In this document: positions 13,766 to 26,000 of the stretch, piece by piece
Numbering within the stretch: the stretch's first letter is position 1
Layout: every line of letters begins with the position of its first letter
Assembly: GCA_002269645.1 (NCBI GenBank)
Contig: NIVC01000254.1
Coordinates: forward strand, 248,001-312,000
Direction of reading: 5' to 3'
Origin: Macrostomum lignano
Lineage: Eukaryota
Length of the DNA: 64,000 bases
Notes under the pieces: generated by a model
Seen by the model: only the letters and a program-made list of their open reading frames with translations
Told to the model about the DNA's origin: nothing
The model's database searches: none
Made by a program: the position numbers and the translations under genes

Positions 13766-16068
13766 AAGACACAGACAGACAGACACAGACACTAAGACAG
13801 AGACACAGACAGCTTACCTTAGCGAAGCGGCTCTCAGTGTTCATGGCGGCAATGGCGCAGGCGAACTGGCTCATGGGGTGCAGGCGGTTGGGGAAATTGT
13901 TCAGCATGCTGACCACGTGACCGGGCACGGCCGCCCGCTTGGCCCACTCGTCGCTGATCCACTGCACGTGGCGCTGCTCGGGCACCTGCAAGGGAGGCAG
14001 ATGCGACGGTTCTGGGGTTAGGATTTTCTTAAACAGTTCAGGCTGCTTCTCTGATGAACGAGCTTAGGGCGATTCTCTCAATGAGTTTAGGGCGATTGTC
14101 TCAATGAGCTTAGGGCGATTGTCTCAATGAGCTTAGGGCGATTGTCTCAATGAGCTTAGGGCGATTGTCTCAATGAGCTTAGGGCGATTGTCTCAATGAG
14201 CTTAGGGCGATTGTCTCAATGAGCTTAGGGCGATTGTCTCAATGAGCTTAGGGCGATTCTCCTAATGAGTATAGGACGATTGTCTCAATGAGTTTAGGGC
14301 GATTCTATTAATGAGTTTAGGGCGATTGTCTCAATGAGTTTAGGGCGATTCTCTGAATGAGCTTAGGGCGATTGTCTCAATGAGTCTAGGGCGATTCTCT
14401 GAATGAGCTTAGGGCGATTCGCTCAATGAGTTTAGGGCGGATCTCTCAATGAGTTTAGGGCGATTCTCTCAATGAGCTTAGGGCGATTCGCTCAATGAGT
14501 TTAGGACGATTCTCTCAATGAGTTTAGGGCGATGTCTTAATGAGTTTAGGGCGATAGTCTCAATGAGTTTAGGACGATTGTCTCAATGAGTTTAGGGCGA
14601 TTCTCTCAATGAGTTTAGGGCGATTGTCTCAATGAGTTTAGGACGATTGTCTCAATGAGTTTAGGGCGATTGTCTCAATGAGCGTAGGGAGATTCTATTA
14701 ATGAGTTTAGGGCGATTTTAACGGGTTTCTAAAATAATGGTAGCACCGTCAGAGGCACGCTAAACTTACCTGTCCTGTCAGGAGCAGGTAGAACAGGCCC
14801 TCAGGCAGTGGCTCATTCCCGCCGGCAGCCTTGGGCAAAATTTCCTGACAATCAGGAATCGAATGCCCACGAAATCGGATGCCCTCCTCGGGGTCCAGCA
14901 CGGAAGTCTCGGTCACCAGGCCACGAACGCCGCGCATACCGCCGTACATCATGTCGATGGTGACTTCGCCGAGCTTGAAATCTCCGTGGGTTTTTCGAAA
15001 ATTGGCCACCCGCCGTTGTTCGACTGGCACCAGTTCCGACATGATGTCGCGGAGATTCTACGAGGGCGGCGAGAGTAGCACTAGTAAGCTTCTATAAAAC
15101 AGCTCAGATGGATTTAAGCATAGTGATGAAACAAGCGATACCGATTCCTATATATTGTGAACCCAATAATATCGCAAAATCTCTTTCAAACTGACAAAAC
15201 TCTCACTAGAACAACTTTTTCCAAAAATGCAAAAAATGCAAAAATGCAAAATGCAAAAAAATGCTTGTAAAATTCAAGCATTTTAAATCTCACCCATAGG
15301 AGACTGAATCTCAAAATCATCAAATCTCAAAATCTCACTTATAGTAGAGTCCATCTTTAAATCTCACCCATAGTAAGGTGAAGCTCAAAATCTCACCTAT
15401 AGTAGAGTCCATCTCAAAATCTCACATACAGGAGAGTGAATCTCAAAATCTCACATACAGGAGAGTGAATATCAAAATCATCAAATCTCACCTATAGTGG
15501 AGTCCATCTCAAAATCTCACATACAGGAGAGTGAATCTCAAAATCTCACCCATAGGAGTGAATATCAAAATCATCAAATCTCACCTATAGTGGAGTCCAT
15601 CTCAAAATCTCACATACAGGAGAGTGAATCTCAAAATCTCACCCATAGGAGTGAATATCAAAATCATCAAATCTCACCTATAGTAGAGTCCATCTCAAAA
15701 TCTCACCTATACAGTAGTAAGTTTATCTCAAAATCTCACCCATAGGAGAGTGAATCTCAAAATCATCAATTTTCAAAATCTCACCTATAGGAGAGTGAAT
15801 CTGAAAAGCTCACCCATAGAAGAGATTATCTCCAAATTTTATCTATAGTAAAAAATTATCCTAGTCATGCTATTAAACTTAAAATCTAATTTATAACCAC
15901 AGTATTGTTTTTATTAAAAATATAAAAAAGCACAATATGAAACCATAATACTACACTTATACTATTAAATTCTAGAAAACATAAGCTTACAGCAGTTGAT
16001 GATGCCCTGATACCAGTCTTGGCCAAGGCAGACAAATTGCGCAACATTCCAGCTGAGTATAAGGCCAT
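7220..16068 (-). CDS. CS: Mitochondrial citrate synthase, 6 exons: 16068-15991, 15057-14770, 13985-13818, 13141-12950, 12296-11913, 7495-7220 (461 aa)
   Basis: Hallmark motifs [88 protein letters not shown] and [12 protein letters not shown]. Exon 1 resembles a presequence. All five introns are GT-AG and the exons join in frame. Confidence 0.97.
7552..11775 (+). repeat. 27-bp minisatellite (CCCCAGAATCTCACGATTCTTACCCCT), about 4.2 kb, in CS intron 5
   Basis: Read directly; 26-bp variants and CCACTC variant blocks occur. Confidence 0.99.
12370..12905 (+). repeat. 32-36-bp minisatellite (G-run TTGGCGGCTGATCAAAGGGTGTTTAATGA) in CS intron 4
   Basis: Read directly; unit length varies with the G-run. 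Confidence 0.95.
13195..13812 (+). repeat. (AGAC)n microsatellite in CS intron 3
   Basis: Read directly. Confidence 0.97.
14055..14720 (+). repeat. 22-23-bp minisatellite (AATGAGCTTAGGGCGATTGTCTC) in CS intron 2
   Basis: Read directly. Confidence 0.95.
15285..15830 (+). repeat. Degenerate AATCTCA-based repeat with a higher-order unit, in CS intron 1
   Basis: Recurring AAATCTCACC/ATAGGAGAGTGAATCTCA blocks. Confidence 0.85.
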
Positions 16069-16789
16069 TTCTATGTTAATTATTAAAATAGTTTTATCAT
16101 GAATGCAAGAACAGGAAAATTAAATACATGCATGTTTAAAAAATGATGTACATTTCTAAAATTCAAAAAGTATATCACTGCCCTAATAGTTTCTTTTATA
16201 ACTGAACTATTTTTGGTTTCAAGTATCTTTCTAAAACAAAATAGCTTATGTAGACAATATTAAAATTGCAATGATACTTAGGATTAAAAGTTAAAATATG
16301 CCTATGCATATAAATATAACTTACTAGAGAATGTTTGAAAGTATTTTATATAAAAAGCATAAAATACCCTATGATTGCTATTTATTTTGTCCTAGAACTA
16401 TTTTTAATGTAATATAGCACTAGGCCTAGGGCTATTATTGGCTTAATTATTATACTATAGCATTAGCAACCAGTGTGACCACTGGACAAAATCGGATTTG
16501 TGGCATAGTCATAAAAATTGCACAGAAAAAATATAATACTATAACAATAAATTTGTATATCACACATCAAATTTTGTAACACCAATCTCTAAATAAAAGT
16601 TCACTGTTAAAAGGTGTTGCATGTTATTACTTTAATAAGAATGAGATAAAAAACTGATAATTTTCAGAGAACAGATACATGTGATATAATGTAACTCAAC
16701 TCAAGTCTCAGACAGTGTCACCATGTCACTAATCATCTCACATTACATTGCTTATTTGCTTTGCTTCTTCTTTTTGTTTATTAGTGCAG

Positions 16790-17070
16790 CAGTGGCCTGG
16801 AAATGGAAAGGTGCTGGCCAGATCTTTTGTGAAGCTCCACCTCAGCCTTGTTAGCCTTAGCAAGAAATTCTTAAGTGGACTTGCGCATTAGATCTATCTT
16901 CTCTAGTTGCTTTACTATGCCTTCATTTTTGAGATGCAGTCATTTAGTAGCATTACTTTTTTCTTGGCTGAGGTGCTTCTCCTAAAGCTGCCACTCTATA
17001 TTGGCCATTGCCTGTCTGTTATTTTCGACTTTGTGCTTCAGCATTTGTGCTTGCTTGGAACCTAGCATCT
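16790..17070 (-). pseudogene. Decayed coiled-coil-like coding remnant
   Basis: One frame reads MLGSKQAQMLKHKVENNRQAMANIEWQL*EKHLSQEKSNATK*LHLKNEGIVKQLEKIDLMRKST*EFLAKANKAEVELHKR. The stops are TAG, TGA and TAA. Origin unknown. Confidence 0.3.
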
Positions 17071-18169
17071 AGAAGAGTTAGGGTGGTGGCAAATGCTTAC
17101 CAATATTGCATTTACCTTTATCACCTATTTCAATGGCTTACATACATAAATGTAATCTGTAGTGAGTCAACATGGAGATGATAAATCAGAATAATCATTT
17201 TAGCAATCTTTTAAAAAAGCACAGGCCTGTAGTGCAATTTCTAAAATAGTGTAGAAGCAGTCATACTGCTAGCAACATAAAATAAATAGTGTTTATTGTA
17301 TAATACTAGTTAGATAAATTTGTTAGTATGCTTTAGCTAATGGTTTTATGACTCTTATAAGGCTTACCAATCAAAAAAGTTTATTATTACCATACTTATA
17401 ATTAAAAAATATTATTTAAAAATTTAATAAATAGTTTATTTATCAGCTTTCTATTTTATCATGAATTTTTATGCTAGAACTTTTTTGTGCAATAAATTAT
17501 ATTTGCCTATTCTTTTAATTCTTAGACTGATTCCATATAAGCATGGTTGTAACATGGCAAGCTATTTTTACTTATAAAATGAAATCGAATAATAGAATAT
17601 ACTAAACCAATATTTCTAGTAAAATATTATTTTGTCAAGAATATGTTTATAGTTTTATATAGATATCATCAATAGTATAGATGCTATTAAACCTTGAATG
17701 GCACCTACAAGTTGTAACAACAAGATTTTTGACATAGAAACTAAAAGGTAAAAGTCTTAAGTTATAACATTTTTCATTTTTGATATTTTGCAATACATTT
17801 TTTTTAAATTTGACTAAGAACATCTTCAGAAGTCATACTCTTTTATTAGAATATGTAAACTCATAAAGGCAACAAAGATACAAAAGAAAAGGCAGCCTTA
17901 TGGTCGCAACATATTTTTTCTGTCAATTCAGTAACTTTGAGGTACTAATTATAAAAATATCATAGATTATATGGTGGCTAATGTTTTTATCTGGTTATAC
18001 AAGTACTATAATTTTATCTATAGTTTGTTTCAACCTTCCAAAGCTTTCCATTTGTTTTTAAAGGGTACACAAAGTTAATGATGTTTTAATAAGATATTAA
18101 TAAATTATTATTTATTTTTAAAATTTATTTTTATTTTTAATAAATCTTATTAAAATATATTTGAAGGGA

Positions 18170-18560
18170 GCACAAGAATTGCTTGCAGATAAATTGCCTG
18201 CCAAGATTTGAACATATAAGATTTGGCTATAAGAATTGCCTACCAAGCTTTTCTGATCAAGATTTTCCCACAGTGCATTTTGTCTGTGAGCAAATTGCCT
18301 ATCAAGATTTGCCTACAAAGAATTGCCCATTTTGCCCATAGTGGAAATTGCTTGCAAGTGAACTGCCCACAAACCAGTTGCTATTTGCTCTGCTTGCAAG
18401 TTTTTTCCTGCCAAGGTTTGCTAGCAATGCTTTTATCCTGCAGTGCATTTAGCCATGCAGCAAATCTTGATGGGCAATTTGCTCATGGGCAATATGCACT
18501 GTAGGCAAATCTTAGCAGGCAATTCTCTAAGGGCAGTTTGTTTGCAGGCTATTCTCAATT
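18170..18560. repeat. Degenerate foldback/MITE-like repeat (AATTGCC motifs) with inverted arms
   Basis: Arms 18271-18312 and 18460-18501 are reverse complements at 37/42 positions. Confidence 0.65.
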
Positions 18561-20570
18561 TCTCATGGACCTATATTTGAAAACAAAGAGGCTTTAGCTA
18601 TATAAGAATGCACTTTTTTGACCTAATCTTTTCTGGCTTGACTAAAATTTTCTAGATAATAGAAAAGTAAAACTTAGAAGGAAATTTCTTTATACCTCAA
18701 CTAGAAATACAGCAGTCTTTGTCTAGTAGTCTTGGACCTATCACACTCACATGTGCTTAGTTGATTGGCTTTGCAAGATACATGAGTTGGCTTATCAGAG
18801 GGTCAGTGTTATCTATGAACAGATTAAGTCTTTTTAGTATATAAAATTTAATAGAGTGTTATTTATTTTATTATTTTATACTTCTTAATGTGACTAGGCT
18901 TTTCTTATAGTATAATGAATGAGAATTAATTTATGTAAAAATGAGAATATAGTTGCCAAACCTGTTAGGCCCATAAAATTCTATGCTATTATATATCAAA
19001 CAGATCCTTGGCCAATTTTTGCTGTGCCAACTGCAATCTTCAATTTTGTGCCAAATGTAAAGAACTGACACATGGCCAGTTTCTCTTACACATTTTTTAG
19101 ATTGGAGTGTAAGTTTTTCTATTAAAATGTCTAAAACAACTATAGTCTAGATAATTAGCAGCAAACTATGCTTTTAAGTAAAAATTTTTGCATTGAGACA
19201 GCAGTTTTCCTCAAACACCAACTTCATTCTAACTTTCCCAATATTTTAAGACAGGGTACCTTGTTTTCCACAGAGATTCATCCACATAGGCCACAAATAA
19301 GATGCTGTAAATATGGAAGCTTGGTTGAATACACATTGACAATTTTGCTTATTAGTGAGCATAGAAGGGAGTATTATCTAGTTAACTCTGATTGAAAGAT
19401 TTTATTTGGCTCTTTATTTAGGCCTAGGGCCTAGCCATGCTAGAAAAAGAATGGCTTAAAATAAAAGAATATGATCAATATGAATTAATCAAACACTACA
19501 AATTAGAGTCCAATTTGAATAGTAAGATTTGCTACGCCAGTTGGAGGCTATAGAAGAGTGCTCATCATCGGGGCACATAAGACTTGCAATGAATGCCTTT
19601 CACATCTATAGTCACAAAACCAAGTGTCAGGTTAGTGGTCAAGTTTAGCATTTAACTTAAGTGATGCTGGATCTGTCTTTACTTGCATCTTAATAATAAT
19701 TACATAATAATTTATAACTAAAATGTGTTGTTTCTGTGCCTGTCTATACAAAATTATAAATTCTAATATGCAAGCATAAATAAAAGCATAAAGGGTATAA
19801 ACATGTTTTATGCAAATATATAAGAGCCTCATCTTCAAGTGACACTTGACACCAACAAGATTCTACAAACCAGTCAGATGGTTGTTCTCAAGGGTGCAGT
19901 ATCCCTGAAGGCTAGGGGAATCCTTCTAAGTTTTGTGACTGGGTCAGACCACGTTTTTAGTAATAAAAATTCATTACTCTCTATACGTGATGCGTGAGAA
20001 TTTCATAGCAGGTAGGGGGGCCTAGTTGAAATTGTGGTGATAGGTAACTTTGAAGTGAAGTTTTAATAATTGGGTTGATTGTGTAGCCTTTATATTTAAT
20101 TTATAGGCCTAAGCTTAGGAGATGTAAGTTTTTATGAGAGAACCTTTACATACGAGTAGCCTACATTTAAAGGTTTCTTTTTTGAATGCTCAAGGCGTCA
20201 AGCTTTGCTTTATCCATATGGCCCACAACTGAAGGAGATGCGTTTGGACAGGACAGGCACACTTTTTTCTAGCCTATATTATTATTAGGCATCTAAATGT
20301 GTCCCATTTCCTTAAATCTGGTAAGCATGCACATTCAAGTATACATAGCCATAGGCCTATTTGAGTACACATAAGAAAGTATTTTTTGTGCAATTTTACC
20401 AAACCTTTTTCAAGTTGAAAATGATGGCTAATATTGGGTGTTAATTAACTAATAGACTAAAGGCCTGATTAATGCAATTTTAAGTAAATAAACTTTGCTT
20501 GATGTTGCTTTACGTTACGTTACTTTATGGATGGTAAAGGGTGATTCTCATCGAGAGGTTTCGGAGGTTT

Positions 20571-21600
20571 TGTGGTAGGGCGCACTACCACGTTTGGAAC
20601 AGGTGACCTCACCGTAATGACTCTCGCGTTCTGTCTCACCCGATGCGCCGTCCCATGTCTCATCCCTCGCCCCATCTTTTGCCGTCGCGCGTAATTTTTT
20701 GTTATTCTCATTCCCGGCTTTGTTGTCGTCCGATGCCCCATCCTTCGTCCCATCTCCTGCCCCATCCTTCGCCTTCCTGCCCCATCTGCTGCCCCATCCC
20801 CGTCCGGACGACATCGCCCCCACTATTTATTAAGGCCATTTCAGGCCGCAAGTTTTCATTCCTTTCCCCTGCCTCCTACTTGTTCGTTTGTCCGTTTTCC
20901 GTTTCCGTTCCGCTTCGTGTACCCTCGTGTACTCGTCTGTTTAGTGTTTAGTTTCTTTTGTGCTCAAAGTTAAATTAGTACTTGTTTAGTCTCGATCTAC
21001 TAGTTTGTTTAGTTAGTCGTTCGCACCCGGCACCGGCCGAGGATCAATCGTCTGAATTCAACTTTATTTTGCCAATTTACGCCTGCTAATACAACATCAA
21101 TAAATAATATTAATTAACTAATAATTAAGTCTGTCCCGTTAACGAAGCCCATAATAGTTTATCTTGAGTTATTTGCCCGTGATGCGTTAAACAACCGAAT
21201 CGATCTCAACTCTAAGCGAGCTCTGAGATCCCAACGTTCCGTAATACGGATTAAATTACGGTGGTGGCAGCGCTACTCTACTGACAGTAATCAGTACGAC
21301 AATTCAAAAGCAGATTTACGGTGTCTAGACCAATTGAGTCTACGGATCTGAACGACCGGGCCGCTATACGACCGCTCCGCTACGATTACAACTACCCTCC
21401 CCCCCGGACTTGAGGACCCGGCAGTCGGAGTATTTGGAGAAAACTTCGTTGAGTTTCGTCTGCGCGACATTTCCGGATTTAACTCGTGCGAACTCAACAT
21501 CGGCGGAAATTCAAACGCGGAATCCGCCCAACTCATTGGTGACAGCGAATCAAGTTCAAACCGAGTAATCAACCAAATTACTTTCTCCCCCCCCACCTCA
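20571..21600 (+). repeat. 5' LTR of element A (1030 bp)
   Basis: Matches 34131-35158 line for line except the terminal C-run; AATAAA near 21098. Confidence 0.96.
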
Positions 21601-21601
21601 C

Positions 21602-21621
21602 TGGTGTCAGCTAAGTGGGAT
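21602..21621 (+). promoter_or_regulatory. Primer-binding site, tRNA-Leu(CAA)-like, with a 2-nt insertion
   Basis: TGGTGTCAG-CT-AAGTGGGAT, 1 nt after the LTR CA. The canonical form is TGGTGTCAGAAGTGGGAT. Confidence 0.8.
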
Positions 21622-21667
21622 AACGAAACGCCAAAACCCATTCGACGAGTCGTTCAGAATCTACGTT

Positions 21668-23095
21668 ATGGCTTCGACTACTAACTCAACGGCCGCGGAC
21701 GCGACAACCGACGCCGCGGGCCCCGACAATTCATCTACAAGACCTACCTACGACGAGATGATCCGCGCGGTGACCGAAGAGGTGCGACGACGACTGGAGC
21801 AGGCTAATTTGGGACAGCCACAACACCATCACCACGTGTACCAGCCGCCCCAACAGCCGGACCGAGCTCCAGTGCCAAAACCGGTTAAGATTCAGCGGTA
21901 CACTCCAAACCAGGATTTCGACGTCTGGATCCAGGCTCTCGAGGAGCGTTGTGAGCTCAACGGGATCATGGACGACAGACGAAAGAAGGCGGAAGTACTA
22001 GTAAATCTGGACATCGCCACCACATATCCCGCAGTCGTCAGGATGGAACTGCCGGACAATCTGACGTTTGGCGAGTTCAAGCAGAGGTTGTCCGAGCGCT
22101 TCACGCACGCGGCCGACACGCTGGAGTACCGGGAGCAGTTCCGATGCTGCCAGCAAGGAAAAAACGAGAGTGTCGACGACTACGGTGATCGATTAATTGC
22201 TCTGGCTGATAGAGCATTCCCGCACTTCACCCCAGTTCAGAAGCAGGCCGAACTGGTGGACCAGTTCACGGTCGGAGTGCGAATCGCCCAGTCAGCCAGA
22301 GAGCAGCTAATCCTGGTACGGCCGCAGAATCTAACCGCAGCGAGAAGGGCAGTGCTACGCCTAGAGACAGCAGCGAGCCTGGCTCAGCGAGTAGCACCGA
22401 CGCCGGCCGCGAGACATGTACGGGTTCTCGAGGATGACGACTGTCAGCCACCAACTGGAGTGCAACACGACAAGTCACCTCGGCCCGAGGAAAATTGGTT
22501 GCGAGAAGTGATGGAGCAACAATCAGAGACACTGCAGGAGCAGCGACGTCTACTAGAAGCTCTGAGCAATGAGATGCGAGAGTTCTACTCACGGGAATCG
22601 CGAGATACCGACACCCCGGAGCCATATGAACCTGCTCGCCACCAGCCGCGGGACTCCTGGGGCCAGCGCAACCGATGTCTGGTACCCACGACTCCTCGCC
22701 GCAGCGCTGAAGGAAGCGCTCAATTTGCGACAAACGGCACACGCAATGTGCAGCATCAACAGTTCCATCAGCTTCAGCAACCGCGTGACGGCAGCATTCC
22801 GCCGCCAAGGACGCCACCGGCAGGAGGACGGTGACAGCAGCAGCAGCAGCGGCCGCAGCCGCAGCAGCCGCCGCAGCCGAGTTCGAGACCGCCGCCTTAT
22901 CAGCTAAGACGCCAGAGTGCAATGTGCTACAGGTGCAACCGGGAGCATCGCGCTGAAGAGTGCCCGCATCGACGGTCGGCCAGCAACGCGCCCCAGCGCA
23001 GCAGCAGCTCGGGAAACGCGACGGCTGGACGCGCCATCGGGGGCAGCGCCATCCAGCGGCCGAGCCAGCACTTAAGTCCCCGCCGCGGACTTTAG
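21668..23095 (+). pseudogene. gag: gag with a C-terminal zinc knuckle and an in-frame TGA at 22832-22834
   Basis: Capsid-like FRCCQQGKNESVDDY..L..LA; after the stop the same frame reads CYRCNREHRAEEC. Confidence 0.88.
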
Positions 23096-26000
23096 TCGCT
23101 CAGCAGGCTACTGCTGAGACCGCCTCCGCACCTGTACAGAACTCTGCACCCAAGCGCCCTCGGAGAGACCCGTTTATAACTGGTGAGATTAATGGGCGTT
23201 ATTTTGCTTTCTTGCTTGATACTGGCTCTAAGTGCGAGGTCCTCGGATTCAGCACTTGGCACCGACTCTGCATCGACGACCCCTCTCTGCGTGGACAAAT
23301 CAAGCCCTGTTTAGAGTGAATCGTGACCTACAATGGTGAACCAATCAAGATGGCAGGACAGCTTGCAATCCAGATGAAGATCGGCAACTTCGAGTTGACA
23401 GTCAATTTTCTGCTAGCACAAGGATCTCATGATAACATCCTGGGTTTCGAGTTCCTGGAGAAGCACAGCAACTCCCTCGACCTCGCAGCCGGGATGCTAT
23501 TTTTCAAGAACGGCACAGCCGCCCCACTTCGCTACACACGAGCCGAAGCTACTACGTGCAGAATCTACACGGCCGAAAGCACTACAGTGCCACCATTATC
23601 ATCGGCCCGAATTAGAATTAAGCTAGCTAAAGGGCGTGAAGACAATCAAGGAACACCGGCAGTTATCGAGCCGCTGAAACCAGCCAGACGCGAAGACGAG
23701 GTGCAGCACCTGGACGCTGCTGCGCCTGCGCTAATATCTATGGCCAATGGTGAAGGTGCAATCGAAATGATTAATCGCGGTACAACATATATTAAAGTGC
23801 GAGCGAATGCACTTATCGGGATTGCGAGACCACTTAGACTGCCAGAACTGCAATTCTACCCGCTTCCACAGCCAGAAGTCTCTGTCAAGCAGATTCAAGA
23901 TGAAGATCCGGATGCTTGGATTAAAGAGATCGATATCGGCGAGGACTTGTCCAGTGACCAGCGCGCTCAAGTAATCAAGCTGCTGAAGAAGTACAAGAAC
24001 ATCTTCTCCCAAGGACCGCACGAACTAGGTCGAACTCACCTGGTCACCCACAACATCGTACTGAAGGATAAGGATCCTGTACACCTGCCGACCCGACGGA
24101 TTCCGCCGCACCTGTTGCCCAAAGTGGACCAGCTGCTAGATGATCTGCTTGCCAAAGGCGTGATCCGACCAAGCTTCTCGAATTACAACACCCCGCTCGT
24201 GATCATCCCAAAGAAGGACGGAAGCCTGAGAATTGTACAAGATTTCCGGAGTCTGAACCAGAAGTGTGAGTACTTTCCGTACCCGATACCAAATATCCAA
24301 GAAGCATTCGCCAGCCTCGAAGGAAGTCAACTATTTAGCACCTTCGACTTGAATAGCGGTTATTATCAGATACCTCTGCGTCCAGAAGACCAAGATCTGA
24401 CAGCCTTTGCTACGCTGCACAGAGGGCAATTTGCCTACAATGTTATGCCGATGGGATTAAGTTCAGCACCAGCCAGCTTCATGCGCCTCATGAACGCTGT
24501 ACTTCAAGGGATAGCCTACAAAAGTGCCATAGCCTATTTGGATGACGTCATCGTGTATTCCAAGAAATTCGACGACCATCTTCGACATATGGAGGAAGTC
24601 TTCAAACGAGTCCAAGACGCTAACTTAAAGTTCAAAGGCAAGAAGTGTCATTTATTTCGGGAAAGCCTAATTATTTGGGACATCTAGTTACGAAAGACGG
24701 CATCAAGACCGATCCGGCGAAAATCGAAGCAATCCAAACCTGGCCGAGACCAAGAACTGCCCGGCAACTGAAAAGTTTCGTCTGCACGTGTGCTTACTAT
24801 GCAAAATTTGTACCTGGCTACGCAGAATTGGCAGCTCCACTCCACGATGTAATTAAAGAGAAGAAGATTCGCAACTTTAATTGTCTATGGGGGAAAGCCC
24901 AACAAGACGCGTTCGACCAGCTTAAAGCGGCCATGACTTCGAACTCAGTGCTCGCGTATCCGCAGTTCAGCGAAGACCCCAACGTCATGTTTGTCCTGGA
25001 CACGGATGCTTCTGCGACCAGAATCGGAGCATGTCTGAGCCAGCGCCAAGCTGATGGAATCGAACGACCAATTGGCTATTTCTCCCGGCGACTCAAACCA
25101 GCTGAAGCGCGATATCCGATAACAAAGCAGGAACTCTTGGCAGTTGTAGACGGCATGCGACATTTCCGATTCTACCTCCTGGCCACGGAGTTTATTTGTC
25201 GAACTGATCACGCAGCGTTGACCTGGATTCTCCGGCGAACTCAACAAGTAGGCATCTTTGGACGATGGCTACAGCGCCTAAGCGAATTTGAGTTCGAGAT
25301 CCAGCATCGCAAATCGAGTCAGCACCAGAATGCCGACGGCCTATCGAGACGGCCAGAGGACGACGCTGAATGCATGGAGAAGGCTCAGCGAGAGGCAGCA
25401 GACGAGGACCAAAGTAATCAGCCAGCCGCGATAACTGGCGCAGCGGCGCCGAAGGTCCTTGACAGCAGCCACCCTAGCCCTCCACCGAGCAAGAAGCCAT
25501 CGACCCGCCGGAATCGACGACGACCGCCGACAAAGCCGAAGGAGTCCAACGGCGAGGCTACGCCGCCAGCAACACCGACAGCCGACAGCAGGTCGCTGAC
25601 AGAGCTGCACCCGCCGGCGACGAAGCCGAGGCCAACGGCCAGTCGTTACAAGGACTCGCAGCGATCGCCTACTAGTCTCGTTAGCACGACACGTTGCCCC
25701 GCGAGGAGCCGCCGACTACGAGCTGGAGAGGGCGAGGACAGCGACCACAGTGCAGCCCGAGATGACCGCTGCCAACCCGCTCGCTGCCCAAGGTTCAAGA
25801 AGGTGAGGTTTAGCCTTGATGCTGATAATGCTGCCTCATCATTCTCATCTGCTGACGAATCAGGATTGAGCGACAGTGACGCCGAAGCCACTGACGAGGA
25901 TCGACCTTCGGACACAACGACAACACGGCGACCGGCCCAAGTAGCCATCATGCGTAGGGAGCTCCAGACCCCGAACCATGTCGCCACAGCCGAAGCCGCA

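Noticed and set aside
12961-13812. LSVC-repeat ORFs and the repeat-derived tails of CS exon ORFs
   Set aside because: These are read-through into the (AGAC)n intron; GT donors mark the true exon ends.
21166-21432. Hammerhead or HDV ribozyme in the LTR module
   Set aside because: CTGAGAT and CTGAACGA do not fit CUGANGA, there is no matching GAAA core, and I could not build an HDV double pseudoknot by eye. It is left as an unknown structure.
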